Below are positions 18,966 to 28,134 of a DNA stretch of 39,596 nucleotides, one piece after another. A program made the position numbers and the translations under genes. Under the pieces are notes generated by a model that was not told the DNA's origin, did no database searches, and saw only the letters and a list, made by a program, of their open reading frames with translations. Source of the DNA: a virus (taxonomy: Duplodnaviria; Caudoviricetes); IMG/VR virus record IMGVR_UViG_3300021560_000031, positions 1 to 39,596 of that record. One strand, 5' to 3'. Positions within the stretch are counted from its first letter, which is position 1, and each line of letters begins with the position of its first letter.

Positions 18966-20359
18966 TCTCGTTTAATCTCTCCTCCAGTAGCCGGAGTTGG
19001 AGCAGTAGGTTTAGCAGGAGTACCCCAGGTCTTCTCGTAATATTGATTATCGTGATCTATAAAATAATTTTTAATCTGATCTATTTCACCTGTGTTCTTG
19101 GCTTCTCTAAAACGATTATTGGCATTTCTCAATACATCCGAATTATGTTGAACCGTATCTGTCTTCATTTTGCCACTAAAGAAATTTACGCCATACGCAT
19201 CACTGCCCATCAAACGATGTTGGTTGGCCATAACCTCATTAGCAGCATCTTTTATACTGTTAGTCCATTCGGTTGATCTTTCAGCAGCTTCAGTTTGATA
19301 CACTCCTATTATTTGGCTAACATCATTAGGATTCATATGATACATCTGAGGACGAATAGTCTCATTAAACCACAATTTAAACTCAGTAGGACTTCCTGGA
19401 TGAGAAATTAAACTGCTTACGATGCTACCAGTTAGACCAGGATTTGGTTCAAATTTATCACCGATTTGACCAGTGATAGCTTCAGCTTGTGCCATGCCTC
19501 CCGGTAATTGATTGGTACGACCCCATTCCATTATCTGGGAAGTATTACTAGGATTTGCCATAGCAGCTTCAAGATTCTTTTCTTTTTGCCCTTGCAGACT
19601 AGCTTCGGCTGCATTGTGACGATTAGAAAGTATTGTGGCAGCTTTAACCTGAGCATCCAGTACATTAGAGGGCAAGACTCCAATCTTAGTTGCCTCGGCT
19701 GGATTCATATTAAGAACATCTTCTGGTTTAGCTGCGGCTAGCATATCAAGATGTTCCTTACTAATATCCATTTTAAGTTTAGCTATCCAATCGTCTTTTT
19801 CATCACTACTAATTAGTGGACCAGAATTCATTACACGTTGATTAAAAACATTCATCACATTATCACGTTCAGCGTCCGATCCGGCTAAGGCACCATGTCG
19901 TTTGGATAAATCGTAGAACTTGCTAAGATTTCTTCTAATCTGGGCTGCACCATCAGTAGCCGATTTAGCTATGAAAGCCCGTTTATCTGCATCGAAACTA
20001 CTCTCAATCGATTTATAACCCACGCGAGAAATATTAGGATACTTCTTTTTAATATCATCTAAAATTTGAGAATTACCGGCAATAAACTGTTGATGTCTTT
20101 GACCTAAATCTGATACGGTATTTAATCGATCACGTAAATCAGACGATTTATCTTTATACTCCATATAGGCTTCGGTATCAGTATCATATTGTTTTTGTTT
20201 TTCTATTTCCGATAACAGGGTTACTGCATGACGCATAGTAGCGTCAGTTTCGGCAGTACTACGTTGAATCTCTTCCAAGACCGGGGCAGTCTTAGGGAAG
20301 GATGGAGTGGGACTAATGAAGCCTCCAGTAGCCTGTGGACCAATTTCGAGATCAGCCAT
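18962..20359 (-). CDS. Probable internal virion protein, 465 aa
   Basis: Helical/coiled-coil composition; synteny equivalent to T7 gp15. Confidence 0.6.
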   Translation of the reverse strand: MADLEIGPQATGGFISPTPSFPKTAPVLEEIQRSTAETDATMRHAVTLLSEIEKQKQYDTDTEAYMEYKDKSSDLRDRLNTVSDLGQRHQQFIAGNSQILDDIKKKYPNISRVGYKSIESSFDADKRAFIAKSATDGAAQIRRNLSKFYDLSKRHGALAGSDAERDNVMNVFNQRVMNSGPLISSDEKDDWIAKLKMDISKEHLDMLAAAKPEDVLNMNPAEATKIGVLPSNVLDAQVKAATILSNRHNAAEASLQGQKEKNLEAAMANPSNTSQIMEWGRTNQLPGGMAQAEAITGQIGDKFEPNPGLTGSIVSSLISHPGSPTEFKLWFNETIRPQMYHMNPNDVSQIIGVYQTEAAERSTEWTNSIKDAANEVMANQHRLMGSDAYGVNFFSGKMKTDTVQHNSDVLRNANNRFREAKNTGEIDQIKNYFIDHDNQYYEKTWGTPAKPTAPTPATGGEIKRE

Positions 20360-20910
20360 TAAGCCGTACCACCAAATCTACCGCCAAGTCTGTCACTCCA
20401 ATCACCGTAACTGGGATAACCAGTCTTAGTTGCTAAGCTATAGGCTTCAATCCCGGAACTAATGGGTCCAGTAATTCCTTGAGTTATAGCTCCATAAGTA
20501 GCCGCTTGAGCCTCTTGTGCTCCACCGGCCCTAGTTAATGTCCCTTGATATTCTAAGCCAGTAGATTTAACATTAGCGGCGTATCTGGTATACATATCGT
20601 TTAGCAGAGCTTCATCGGCCGAAGTATTATACATTACGTTGGGTGAACCTTCCGAAGTTATCCCGGAAGCTCCCGTTCCCGCAACTAATCGACCTAATAA
20701 ATGTGAAGCCTGATAATCCTGAACTTCAATTTGCTGGCCGGCTTCCTGCTGTACTTGCTTAGCTTGAATATCATAAGCTGCTGCTTCTCTGCCGGCTACT
20801 GTCTTAGCATACTGGCCTTGCTGATATTGGGCAATTGCCCCAATAGTCGAGGTAAGTGCGCCTAAGCCACCAAATGCAGCCGGCAAGGCAACCGCCATGA
20901 ATGGAGCCAT
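20359..20910 (-). CDS. Small internal virion protein (T7 gp14-like)
   Basis: Hydrophobic Ala/Gly N-terminus, Gln/Ala helix, GASGI...GSP motif. Confidence 0.75.
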   Translation of the reverse strand: MAPFMAVALPAAFGGLGALTSTIGAIAQYQQGQYAKTVAGREAAAYDIQAKQVQQEAGQQIEVQDYQASHLLGRLVAGTGASGITSEGSPNVMYNTSADEALLNDMYTRYAANVKSTGLEYQGTLTRAGGAQEAQAATYGAITQGITGPISSGIEAYSLATKTGYPSYGDWSDRLGGRFGGTA

Positions 20911-21321
20911 CTACTTCACCAGGGAATACATTACGTAGGTTTGACCATCAGGCCCATATTTTCTTAGATGGCCTTCATAGCTGAAACCTAAGACTTCGGC
21001 AAAATGAATGTCACGGGGACTACTCTCGATAATAGTGGCCTGCAATCGATGGGCGTTGAACTCATCTAACTTCCTCTGGATAAAATGGATCGCCTGATAC
21101 TTGTGCAGGTAGAAGTCCTTATACTCTGCCGCTAACCAACACTCATAGACTCCACGCCAAAATTTACGAAAACCACCACAGCCTAAAATTCTGCGACCAC
21201 TTATTGCAGTCCAGTTGGTATGTGAATCAACATTATCTTCAGTGGAGAAACCAAGCTTGGCTACAGTATCTCGATTAAGTACATACCAAAGATCATGTGG
21301 ATAATATTTTCTAAAAACCAT
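20911..21321 (-). CDS. GNAT-fold protein (T7 gp13 position)
   Basis: GCGG....W.GV.ECW, HRLQAT, FAE.LGF..EG.LRKYG.DG. Confidence 0.8.
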   Translation of the reverse strand: MVFRKYYPHDLWYVLNRDTVAKLGFSTEDNVDSHTNWTAISGRRILGCGGFRKFWRGVYECWLAAEYKDFYLHKYQAIHFIQRKLDEFNAHRLQATIIESSPRDIHFAEVLGFSYEGHLRKYGPDGQTYVMYSLVK

Positions 21322-23725
21322 CACTGACTTCGAAGGCTCCAAAAATTGCAAGAATGTTTGATGGTAATGGTTGCCGTTGTTCAATTAAGACCCTGCCATC
21401 CCGATCATAACCCAGATTAACTACGGAGACATCACCGGTATACTGTGGTACGGCTCGTCCCATGATCATATCGGTTTCTCTGAAGATAACTTCTTGGTTA
21501 TTCAAATAGAGACCTATCGAAGAGTAGACCCGAGCCCATAATCGCACCCATCGTTTGATCAACCCCTGCACCGTGGATTTAGGCTCGGGCCTAACGGTTA
21601 GAGCCGATGAAATAAACGGTATTCCTACCTGTACATCGAAACCGCTGATAGCAGCCGGTAAAGGATAAATCCCAGTCGATGAAATAGTGATCGGGGGCAT
21701 TACCTTGCCATCAACCACTGCCATGACCTCGCGATTCAATAAGTATTGGAGATTGCTTACTGAGGTTACTGGAGTAGTAAAAACCTGATGTGAAGCACTA
21801 TCGAGATAAAGCGAATTATCCATTATCTCAATAGTATAGGTAGTAGTATTACCACGAACTCTCTGACAGAGTAACCAGAGTTCATCCAGAGTATCACCAG
21901 TAGTCTGAATCACCGAAATACTAATTACTCGATCTTCTGAGTCTTTACCCGTTTCATGTCGATGCCAAGCCCACACGTCCTGTTCCTTATCATAAGTCAA
22001 GCCAAATAAATTATTAGCCCAATCGGTGAACCAGATTACCTTATAGGGATTCTCTTGAAAAAACATCTCCTTAACGTGAGCCTTGGTAACAATCTCATTG
22101 AGCACATTAAGATTACGGCTACCATAGGAACTAGTCAAAGGATTAAAGGCAAACTGATAAACCTTGGTTTGAGCACGCTGAATGAAAAACAAATCATTAT
22201 CAATCTCAATTGCTTGGACTGCTGCTACTCCATATTGCGACTGTTTAATCACATTAATATTAGAAGGAGTGATTGGAGCACCGGCCGACTGTACTGCCTG
22301 TCCAGCACCGCCATTAACAATATATTCATTTTTGAGACCACCTAAAACTATATTACCCTGATATACCGTCATCCAATGGATGTGCTCAAACGAACTGCTA
22401 TTAATAGTAAATCTTATACCATCGGCATCACCAGAACCCAAAGCAAAATTATCGTAATCACCTACATTGCTACCCCAAATGGTGTTAGGAGTAGGGCCTT
22501 CGGTGCCGGCATAATACAAGCGATCACCGTAGAAACAAACAGCATGAGGATAGTTTCCAGGACCATAACAGGCAAAATCATAAACCCAACCACCTGGTGG
22601 CACTGGAGCCATCAAAGGGCCACCATAGGCATCTTGTTCATGCACCTTGGTGACATTCAACATGGTCACGATTACCAGATAAGAAGTCTGCACTGCCGTA
22701 ATCATGCCATAACCACCATCAAAGGCAATCATCACACCATAATCAATTGATCTAAAACAATCAATGGTGCCAGCTAAATATTGAATATTTTGATAAGCAG
22801 TGCCAGTCGAGGTTTGCCAGCTAGCATCGGTCGGATGAGCTGCTAAAGAATAAACGGGAACGTTATTACCATAGGCTCTTGGTGGTGCTCCATGCCAATA
22901 AGTATGGGTTGGCTGATTCTCAATGATACCAGGAGAAAACCAACCGGAGGGACCACCTCGCATGAACCATTCACCGGGATTATAAAATACTTTATCGAAT
23001 GGTTCTTGAAAACTAACATCGGCTTGAGCATATAGTAAAGCACCGGTATACGGATCGGTTACTCCTGGAGCATTTTCAAGACCACCAATATATGCAACAC
23101 CAGTACCAGCTACAATCTGTTTACCTACATCTCCTCTAATCCAGACTGGATAGCTTGATAATATTTTAGGATGAGCCGGATCAGCAACGACTTCAATAAC
23201 TACCTGAATTCCACCAAGTTCCCCTGAAGAACCAATATCCTGATCTGACGTAAAAGCCGGAGGAGCAAATGGCGATAATATAACTAATGACCAGTTAGTG
23301 TCATTAATCCTAATTAATTTCATCGGCGGATGATTAGGATTAACCAGGTACATTGTGCTAATTAGTTGGGCATAATGAATATCCCATAACTCCCATTGCT
23401 GATAAGGAGAAGGAATGGCATAAGGATAATTCGGACCAATCTGAATTTGACCATCATTGGTATAAAATTGAATATACTGATGCCCAAATTCTAGAACATA
23501 CTGTTGATCAACACTAATAACAAAGGGAATTAGTCGCGATGGACCACGAGCATCACAAATATAACGAGTACCTGCTCGACGTTCTAAACCACCCTGTACC
23601 TTAGCAATGAAATTAGTAATCGATTCACAAGCATTGTGATACTTACCCAGATCAGTACGACCGAGCAGATTAGGTGAAATCTCTCCACCATTAAAATTGT
23701 TCTTGATGATCTCGGTTCGTGGCAT
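21311..23725 (-). CDS. Tail tubular protein B / nozzle (T7 gp12, P22 gp10-like)
   Basis: NFNGGEISP.L.GRTDL..Y, GG..RR.GT, EFG..Y..F, F...RL, V.AWHRH. Confidence 0.9.
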   Translation of the reverse strand: MPRTEIIKNNFNGGEISPNLLGRTDLGKYHNACESITNFIAKVQGGLERRAGTRYICDARGPSRLIPFVISVDQQYVLEFGHQYIQFYTNDGQIQIGPNYPYAIPSPYQQWELWDIHYAQLISTMYLVNPNHPPMKLIRINDTNWSLVILSPFAPPAFTSDQDIGSSGELGGIQVVIEVVADPAHPKILSSYPVWIRGDVGKQIVAGTGVAYIGGLENAPGVTDPYTGALLYAQADVSFQEPFDKVFYNPGEWFMRGGPSGWFSPGIIENQPTHTYWHGAPPRAYGNNVPVYSLAAHPTDASWQTSTGTAYQNIQYLAGTIDCFRSIDYGVMIAFDGGYGMITAVQTSYLVIVTMLNVTKVHEQDAYGGPLMAPVPPGGWVYDFACYGPGNYPHAVCFYGDRLYYAGTEGPTPNTIWGSNVGDYDNFALGSGDADGIRFTINSSSFEHIHWMTVYQGNIVLGGLKNEYIVNGGAGQAVQSAGAPITPSNINVIKQSQYGVAAVQAIEIDNDLFFIQRAQTKVYQFAFNPLTSSYGSRNLNVLNEIVTKAHVKEMFFQENPYKVIWFTDWANNLFGLTYDKEQDVWAWHRHETGKDSEDRVISISVIQTTGDTLDELWLLCQRVRGNTTTYTIEIMDNSLYLDSASHQVFTTPVTSVSNLQYLLNREVMAVVDGKVMPPITISSTGIYPLPAAISGFDVQVGIPFISSALTVRPEPKSTVQGLIKRWVRLWARVYSSIGLYLNNQEVIFRETDMIMGRAVPQYTGDVSVVNLGYDRDGRVLIEQRQPLPSNILAIFGAFEVSDGF

Positions 23726-24477
23726 CAGTACCCCTGAATTGTTACTCCGATGTAACCGTAGCGTGGAGTAGTCAAATCGGTATTCCAATACTCATCTGGC
23801 CAGTTCTCAATACCATTGATAGCAGCAGCTTGAGCCATTGCATCGTCATATTCACCTTTAGCTATCATATAGGCTTGATTCAAGCCGGTGATACCCATCG
23901 CCATTTCCTTCATCAGTTTAAACACAAAACACTGACGAAAACTGGCATCCCACATATTCGGATCGGTTTCTTGCCGTATATACTCGATACCGACAGAAAG
24001 TGGCGGACCGATGGTAGTTGCCGAGGATGGCTGATTATCAGTACCATTATTACCAAGCGGTTGCAGTCCCAATAGAGGAGCGGTTGTGGTCGGGGGTGTC
24101 GCATCCGTGTAGAGCGCTTTGCCAATTATCCTCCAATGAGCATCTTTAGGAGAAAAACGAAAAATACGAATGGCATCAATCGGTAAGGCGAAGGCTCGGG
24201 TAAACTGGACTAGACCAGGGCTACCAGCAGTCTCCGGCATAAAATCGAGGCCAACTGGAACTTCCGTCAGCAGAGCTAAAGAAGCCCATTTTCGGGCAAA
24301 GTTCCAAGGTTGTCTTCTTAATAAATCATCCCGAGACATATTATAAGAAGCCTGCTCAACCCTACCCGTACCGATATTCTGGCCAAACTGACTGATAGTA
24401 GTTTGACCTAAATTGAGCAGAGCAGCATTTACTATATCAATATCAGTAGCAGCAGTAATTGCACCTTCCGATGGCAT
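23725..24477 (-). CDS. Tail tubular protein A / adaptor (T7 gp11-like)
   Basis: IVN.AL..LG...I, RD.LL...PWNFA, LP.D..R, D..F. Confidence 0.88.
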   Translation of the reverse strand: MPSEGAITAATDIDIVNAALLNLGQTTISQFGQNIGTGRVEQASYNMSRDDLLRRQPWNFARKWASLALLTEVPVGLDFMPETAGSPGLVQFTRAFALPIDAIRIFRFSPKDAHWRIIGKALYTDATPPTTTAPLLGLQPLGNNGTDNQPSSATTIGPPLSVGIEYIRQETDPNMWDASFRQCFVFKLMKEMAMGITGLNQAYMIAKGEYDDAMAQAAAINGIENWPDEYWNTDLTTPRYGYIGVTIQGY

Positions 24478-24547
24478 AAGGTCCTTTTGGGGAGGATGGT
24501 GTTATTGCGCTGACTCCCGATTACTCCACATCCTCCCCTGTCGTTAC

Positions 24548-24604
24548 TTAGTAACGGCCATGACGACCGCCCTTTTTACGACGACGCCGTCCACGTTCGT
24601 CCAT
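24548..24604 (-). CDS. Unannotated 18-aa Arg/Lys-rich peptide MDERGRRRRKKGGRHGRY
   Basis: Near-perfect SD TAAGGAGG upstream of the ATG. Confidence 0.55.
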   Translation of the reverse strand: MDERGRRRRKKGGRHGRY

Positions 24605-24663
24605 GCTGGTCTTCCTCCTTATTGAATTTTGGCTCGACCGGACCACAGCAACAGGAGCCAAGT

Positions 24664-25227
24664 TTAATTACCTTCTTCAACCACCATGATAAAACCGGTT
24701 AGGGTTGAACCGGCAGCAGGGGTGCCACCCGCTATAGTAGCTGTAATCCAGACCTTGTCGGAACCAAACATAGGAATCAGGTTCCCCGTAGTCTGGTCTC
24801 CTAAGGGATCAGCACCGACCTGCTCAGTCATATTAGTATCTAAATCATAAGTGCCAGCCGCAGCCACCGAAGTAGCCGCTTTATAGTGTACTGCGTCGGT
24901 GTTAGCCGCATTATTTTTATCTAATTTCCCTACTGACAAAGTAAGACCGGCCGTCCAGGCATTAAAATAGACTCTACCAAAATAAATTCTCTCGGTGGGA
25001 TTTAACCAAGCCAATACCAAAGTATCGCCGGCAGCCAATGATCCGGCTGCTTGTCCGGGGATTGGATTAGGTGTGGCTGCTTCCACAGTGAAACGATATA
25101 CTTTAAAAATTCCTCTAATTTCGGTAGCTCTTGGGAAAATAGGACCACCAGCAACGCCAGCAGTAGCAGTTCCCCCCAACACTCCTGAATAAATTGTATT
25201 AATTTGATCTGAGACCCAAGTAGGCAT
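24664..25227 (-). CDS. Probable capsid decoration/cement protein
   Basis: Beta-rich Ala/Gly/Thr protein directly after the major capsid gene; SD GGAGGT. Confidence 0.65.
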   Translation of the reverse strand: MPTWVSDQINTIYSGVLGGTATAGVAGGPIFPRATEIRGIFKVYRFTVEAATPNPIPGQAAGSLAAGDTLVLAWLNPTERIYFGRVYFNAWTAGLTLSVGKLDKNNAANTDAVHYKAATSVAAAGTYDLDTNMTEQVGADPLGDQTTGNLIPMFGSDKVWITATIAGGTPAAGSTLTGFIMVVEEGN

Positions 25228-25230
25228 TCG

Positions 25231-26223
25231 TTATACCTCCGCCACCGGAGAAACGACCACTTTGGCTTCCTCGATACGAGTGCCACCCATGACCATCTCC
25301 ATGTAAATTTGCGTTGAGAATGACATATCGGGTCTCTTGGCGATCTCGGTCTTCACATCTTCTTGTAGAGCATAGCCTACGCCTGCCCTAGCCCATGCAA
25401 TCATCAATCGATCATTAGTATTAGATACCGTAGCAATCGGTTGATAAGTAATCCCTAAGGGTGAAGCGACACCTACCTGAGGAATACGATTCGACATGAT
25501 AAATTTAAAGCCCATATAAGTATCAATGGCACCTTCAGCCAATGCCTTTACCGTATTATAATCGGCACTGGTTACTTGAATGAAAGTGAGCATATTTTTT
25601 AGATTAGCCGGACTAACCAAAATGAAGCGTTCTTCATCCGGATCGACATCCTGGACATCGAATAAATATTTAATTTGTCTTAATCGTTGTGGAGACAAAG
25701 TACTAGCATCGTTAGTACCACCAGTAGGACCGGACTGAATCGATAGATCATTATTAATAGCAGTTCTTGCAACATATTGCCCGGTAGTTAAAGGGCCACC
25801 AGTGGTTGGGAGGGTCACACCAGTAGCCCCATCGGGTCCAGCAAAGGCTGTTCCCAACATCGAGGCAATAATCACATCGTCAGTCATACGGCCAAACGCA
25901 TTCATGCCAGCGATGGCATATTCTGACTCTGGATTTATTAGAATTTTTAGTTGGTCGTCATTATCGACTAGATCACCCCATTGGTAGGTGTTCATTGATA
26001 CCCTACGTCTGGAATGGGGAGTCGAAATGAGCGGGGTAGGTGAGTGTCGAGACGTCTTTACCTGAACGGCAGTCGCCCCGATCCTCTCATAATAGTAGTT
26101 GAGACCTACTATATTAGGTGTGGTCCGAACAGTAGACCGTAACCGCGAACCCTTCTGTTGCGCCAGATGGATTACGTTGTTACGATACTGCTGGACAAAT
26201 GCCTGAGTAATTGTAAAGGACAC
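25231..26223 (-). CDS. Major capsid protein
   Basis: IT.AFVQQY...V..L.QQ.GSRLR, D..D.LK....P.S.Y, DYN.VKAL..G.ID..MGF.F, G.TR.EE.KVV. Confidence 0.93.
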   Translation of the reverse strand: MSFTITQAFVQQYRNNVIHLAQQKGSRLRSTVRTTPNIVGLNYYYERIGATAVQVKTSRHSPTPLISTPHSRRRVSMNTYQWGDLVDNDDQLKILINPESEYAIAGMNAFGRMTDDVIIASMLGTAFAGPDGATGVTLPTTGGPLTTGQYVARTAINNDLSIQSGPTGGTNDASTLSPQRLRQIKYLFDVQDVDPDEERFILVSPANLKNMLTFIQVTSADYNTVKALAEGAIDTYMGFKFIMSNRIPQVGVASPLGITYQPIATVSNTNDRLMIAWARAGVGYALQEDVKTEIAKRPDMSFSTQIYMEMVMGGTRIEEAKVVVSPVAEV

Positions 26224-26308
26224 TTATAATTCTCATAATACAGTCCTTTACAACTTTGCCCCTTGCGGGAGTTGTTACCGAGCAACATCGAACAGCGATC
26301 CTGTGCTT

Positions 26309-26467
26309 TCAGGATTTCCGCTTTTTTCTTTTCTTACCGTGCTTAACCAATCGAGCAAACTTCTTATCTTTATTTTCCTTGGCGTAGAACACGGATTTAC
26401 CTTTTTTAGGTCCGTATTCCTGGACGAAGGCATTAAGTATACTCTGACCAGTCCCTGATAATGGCAT
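26309..26467 (-). CDS. Unannotated 52-aa basic phage protein MPLSGTGQSILNAFVQEYGPKKGKSVFYAKENK...KKRKKRKS
   Basis: MPL...G..I......YG.KKG..VFYA..N pattern as I recall it from phage head modules; TAATG coupling. Confidence 0.8.
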   Translation of the reverse strand: MPLSGTGQSILNAFVQEYGPKKGKSVFYAKENKDKKFARLVKHGKKRKKRKS

Positions 26468-26637
26468 TATTCATGTTTCGGTGTGGATTGTCTTGTCACA
26501 GAAATTATGGTTGAACCAATCTGGGCAACGACTAATCCAGCCACCTTAGTGTTAGTATAGCCACAATAAGGACACTCATATAAATTAGTATTAGTTCCAA
26601 ACAAGCGCATTAAACGCCGGCATATTGGGCACTTCAT
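26467..26637 (-). CDS. Unannotated zinc-ribbon microprotein 3 (56 aa)
   Basis: MKCPICRRLM...NLYECPYCGY; ATGA/TAATG coupling. Confidence 0.8.
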   Translation of the reverse strand: MKCPICRRLMRLFGTNTNLYECPYCGYTNTKVAGLVVAQIGSTIISVTRQSTPKHE

Positions 26638-26789
26638 GGTTCACCATTCATAATTTGTACCGATACGGCATAATTATTGGGTGTCATCACATTAATCTGA
26701 AGATTAACCTGGTAACCGCAATATGGACATAGATACATATTAGCCGAACTTAACTGATTCATTGGTCTGCTGCATAAAGTACAGTTCAT
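26634..26789 (-). CDS. Unannotated zinc-ribbon microprotein 2 (51 aa)
   Basis: MNCTLCSRPM...NMYLCPYCGY. Confidence 0.8.
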   Translation of the reverse strand: MNCTLCSRPMNQLSSANMYLCPYCGYQVNLQINVMTPNNYAVSVQIMNGEP

Positions 26790-26927
26790 TTAGTTACCCT
26801 GTCCTTTTGGTTTAGTGGGCAAGTGATGAGCCAACAAATAGGCATGAAAACCACAGAAATGACATGAATACATATTAGATGCAGCTACTTTTAATACCAT
26901 TGCAGTTCGACAAATAAGACAATTCAT
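26790..26927 (-). CDS. Unannotated zinc-ribbon microprotein 1 (45 aa)
   Basis: MNCLICRTAM...NMYSCHFCGF; SD GGAGG in the last codons of the scaffold gene. Confidence 0.8.
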   Translation of the reverse strand: MNCLICRTAMVLKVAASNMYSCHFCGFHAYLLAHHLPTKPKGQGN

Positions 26928-26928
26928 G

Positions 26929-27693
26929 CTATTCCTCCGGGTAAGCTACAGTATATAAACGTCCCATTTCTTCTACGGCATCACGATGTCTTGGATCTTC
27001 TTCGACCCAATACGGATGCTTTCTATCGGCCATTATTTCACGAATCTTCCTACCGGCCTCGTCTCGATCATTGGTCTCGCGCTTAGTCTGCTCATCGACG
27101 AAATTATCTTCACCTAGCCGGTTGGATAATTCGTGGAAGAATCTGAGAACCGTTGGATTATCGGCGTTTCCAGTGGATTCAAGCCACTGAACAAAAGGGT
27201 GATCTCGTTTGTACTCTGTGAGCATCGCAATAGTCTTGTGTGCTCGATCTCGATTCGAATCGTAGCGATATCCCCATTCTGTTCGTAGATTATTGAGTTC
27301 CCCATCTCTAGTTTTTTGTTGCTGTTCGAAGATGCCCTGGGACTGATTAAGTCCCCAATTAATCATTTGATTGAATTGTTTCTGATTGAGTCCCAGGTCA
27401 TAAGCGAACTTAACAATATTACCTTTGAATTCATTATCGAGTTGGTACTCTTTCGGTAAATCGGGTACCTTATAATCGTCAGGCTTCTCCGGCCGACCCC
27501 AATGCTTATAATAGGAATTCCAAGATTCGGTATCTGAATCTTCCCGGGGAACACGTCCAGTACTTGATACGAACTTCTCCATATCAATGTAGCTTTTGAC
27601 GAAGCCACCCAGGTCTTTGAATCGACCCAGTCGTTCATCCGTCTGATACTCTGCCGGTAATGAACTTCGCCAATTGCCATTTTCATCTGCCAT
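26929..27693 (-). CDS. Capsid scaffold/assembly protein
   Basis: WR.SLP, KSY..MEK, GRPE.PD.Y, GL...Q, L..EWG, HPYW...P.H motifs; lies between portal and capsid. Confidence 0.88.
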   Translation of the reverse strand: MADENGNWRSSLPAEYQTDERLGRFKDLGGFVKSYIDMEKFVSSTGRVPREDSDTESWNSYYKHWGRPEKPDDYKVPDLPKEYQLDNEFKGNIVKFAYDLGLNQKQFNQMINWGLNQSQGIFEQQQKTRDGELNNLRTEWGYRYDSNRDRAHKTIAMLTEYKRDHPFVQWLESTGNADNPTVLRFFHELSNRLGEDNFVDEQTKRETNDRDEAGRKIREIMADRKHPYWVEEDPRHRDAVEEMGRLYTVAYPEE

Positions 27694-27695
27694 TA

Positions 27696-27941
27696 CTAAG
27701 TCCTCTGCATGATTTCAAACTCTTCAATCTTCGATAGAATATAAATCACAGTTTCACGTAACCCCACATTAATAGCAATAGCAACAGGATCAATATGATT
27801 ATGAACTGAAACAGGTCCAGTAAACGTAGCTTCAAAGAATCTGTTGCGTAAATCTTGTAAGACAATATGACCAGCATCACTGCCCATAAAGCAAGAATAA
27901 TAAGCCTTGGTAAGCTCATCGTCACTTATTGTCTGCGACAT
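27696..27941 (-). CDS. Small head-module protein (Bbp19-like)
   Basis: Y...F....G..VL.DL...F ... A.N.G.R..V.YI. Confidence 0.8.
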   Translation of the reverse strand: MSQTISDDELTKAYYSCFMGSDAGHIVLQDLRNRFFEATFTGPVSVHNHIDPVAIAINVGLRETVIYILSKIEEFEIMQRT

Positions 27942-28134
27942 CTAATAACTCTTTATCTAACATATCTTTAATCGCACCTAATTCATTAGTAATTCCCGCA
28001 TGATTACGCACAACTTCCCACGCTAACAAGGCATCGACAATACGTTTAAGATACATCACAATCAACAATTTATCTTCGAGTCGAGCAACCGTCTCTTCTT
28101 TAAGCTCTTCCTTGACCTCTCTCCGATCCGGCAT
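27922..28134 (-). CDS. Hypothetical protein, ~70 aa
   Basis: ATG 28134 with GGAG upstream; bridges portal and the Bbp19-like gene. Confidence 0.55.
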   Translation of the reverse strand: MPDRREVKEELKEETVARLEDKLLIVMYLKRIVDALLAWEVVRNHAGITNELGAIKDMLDKELLDVADNK

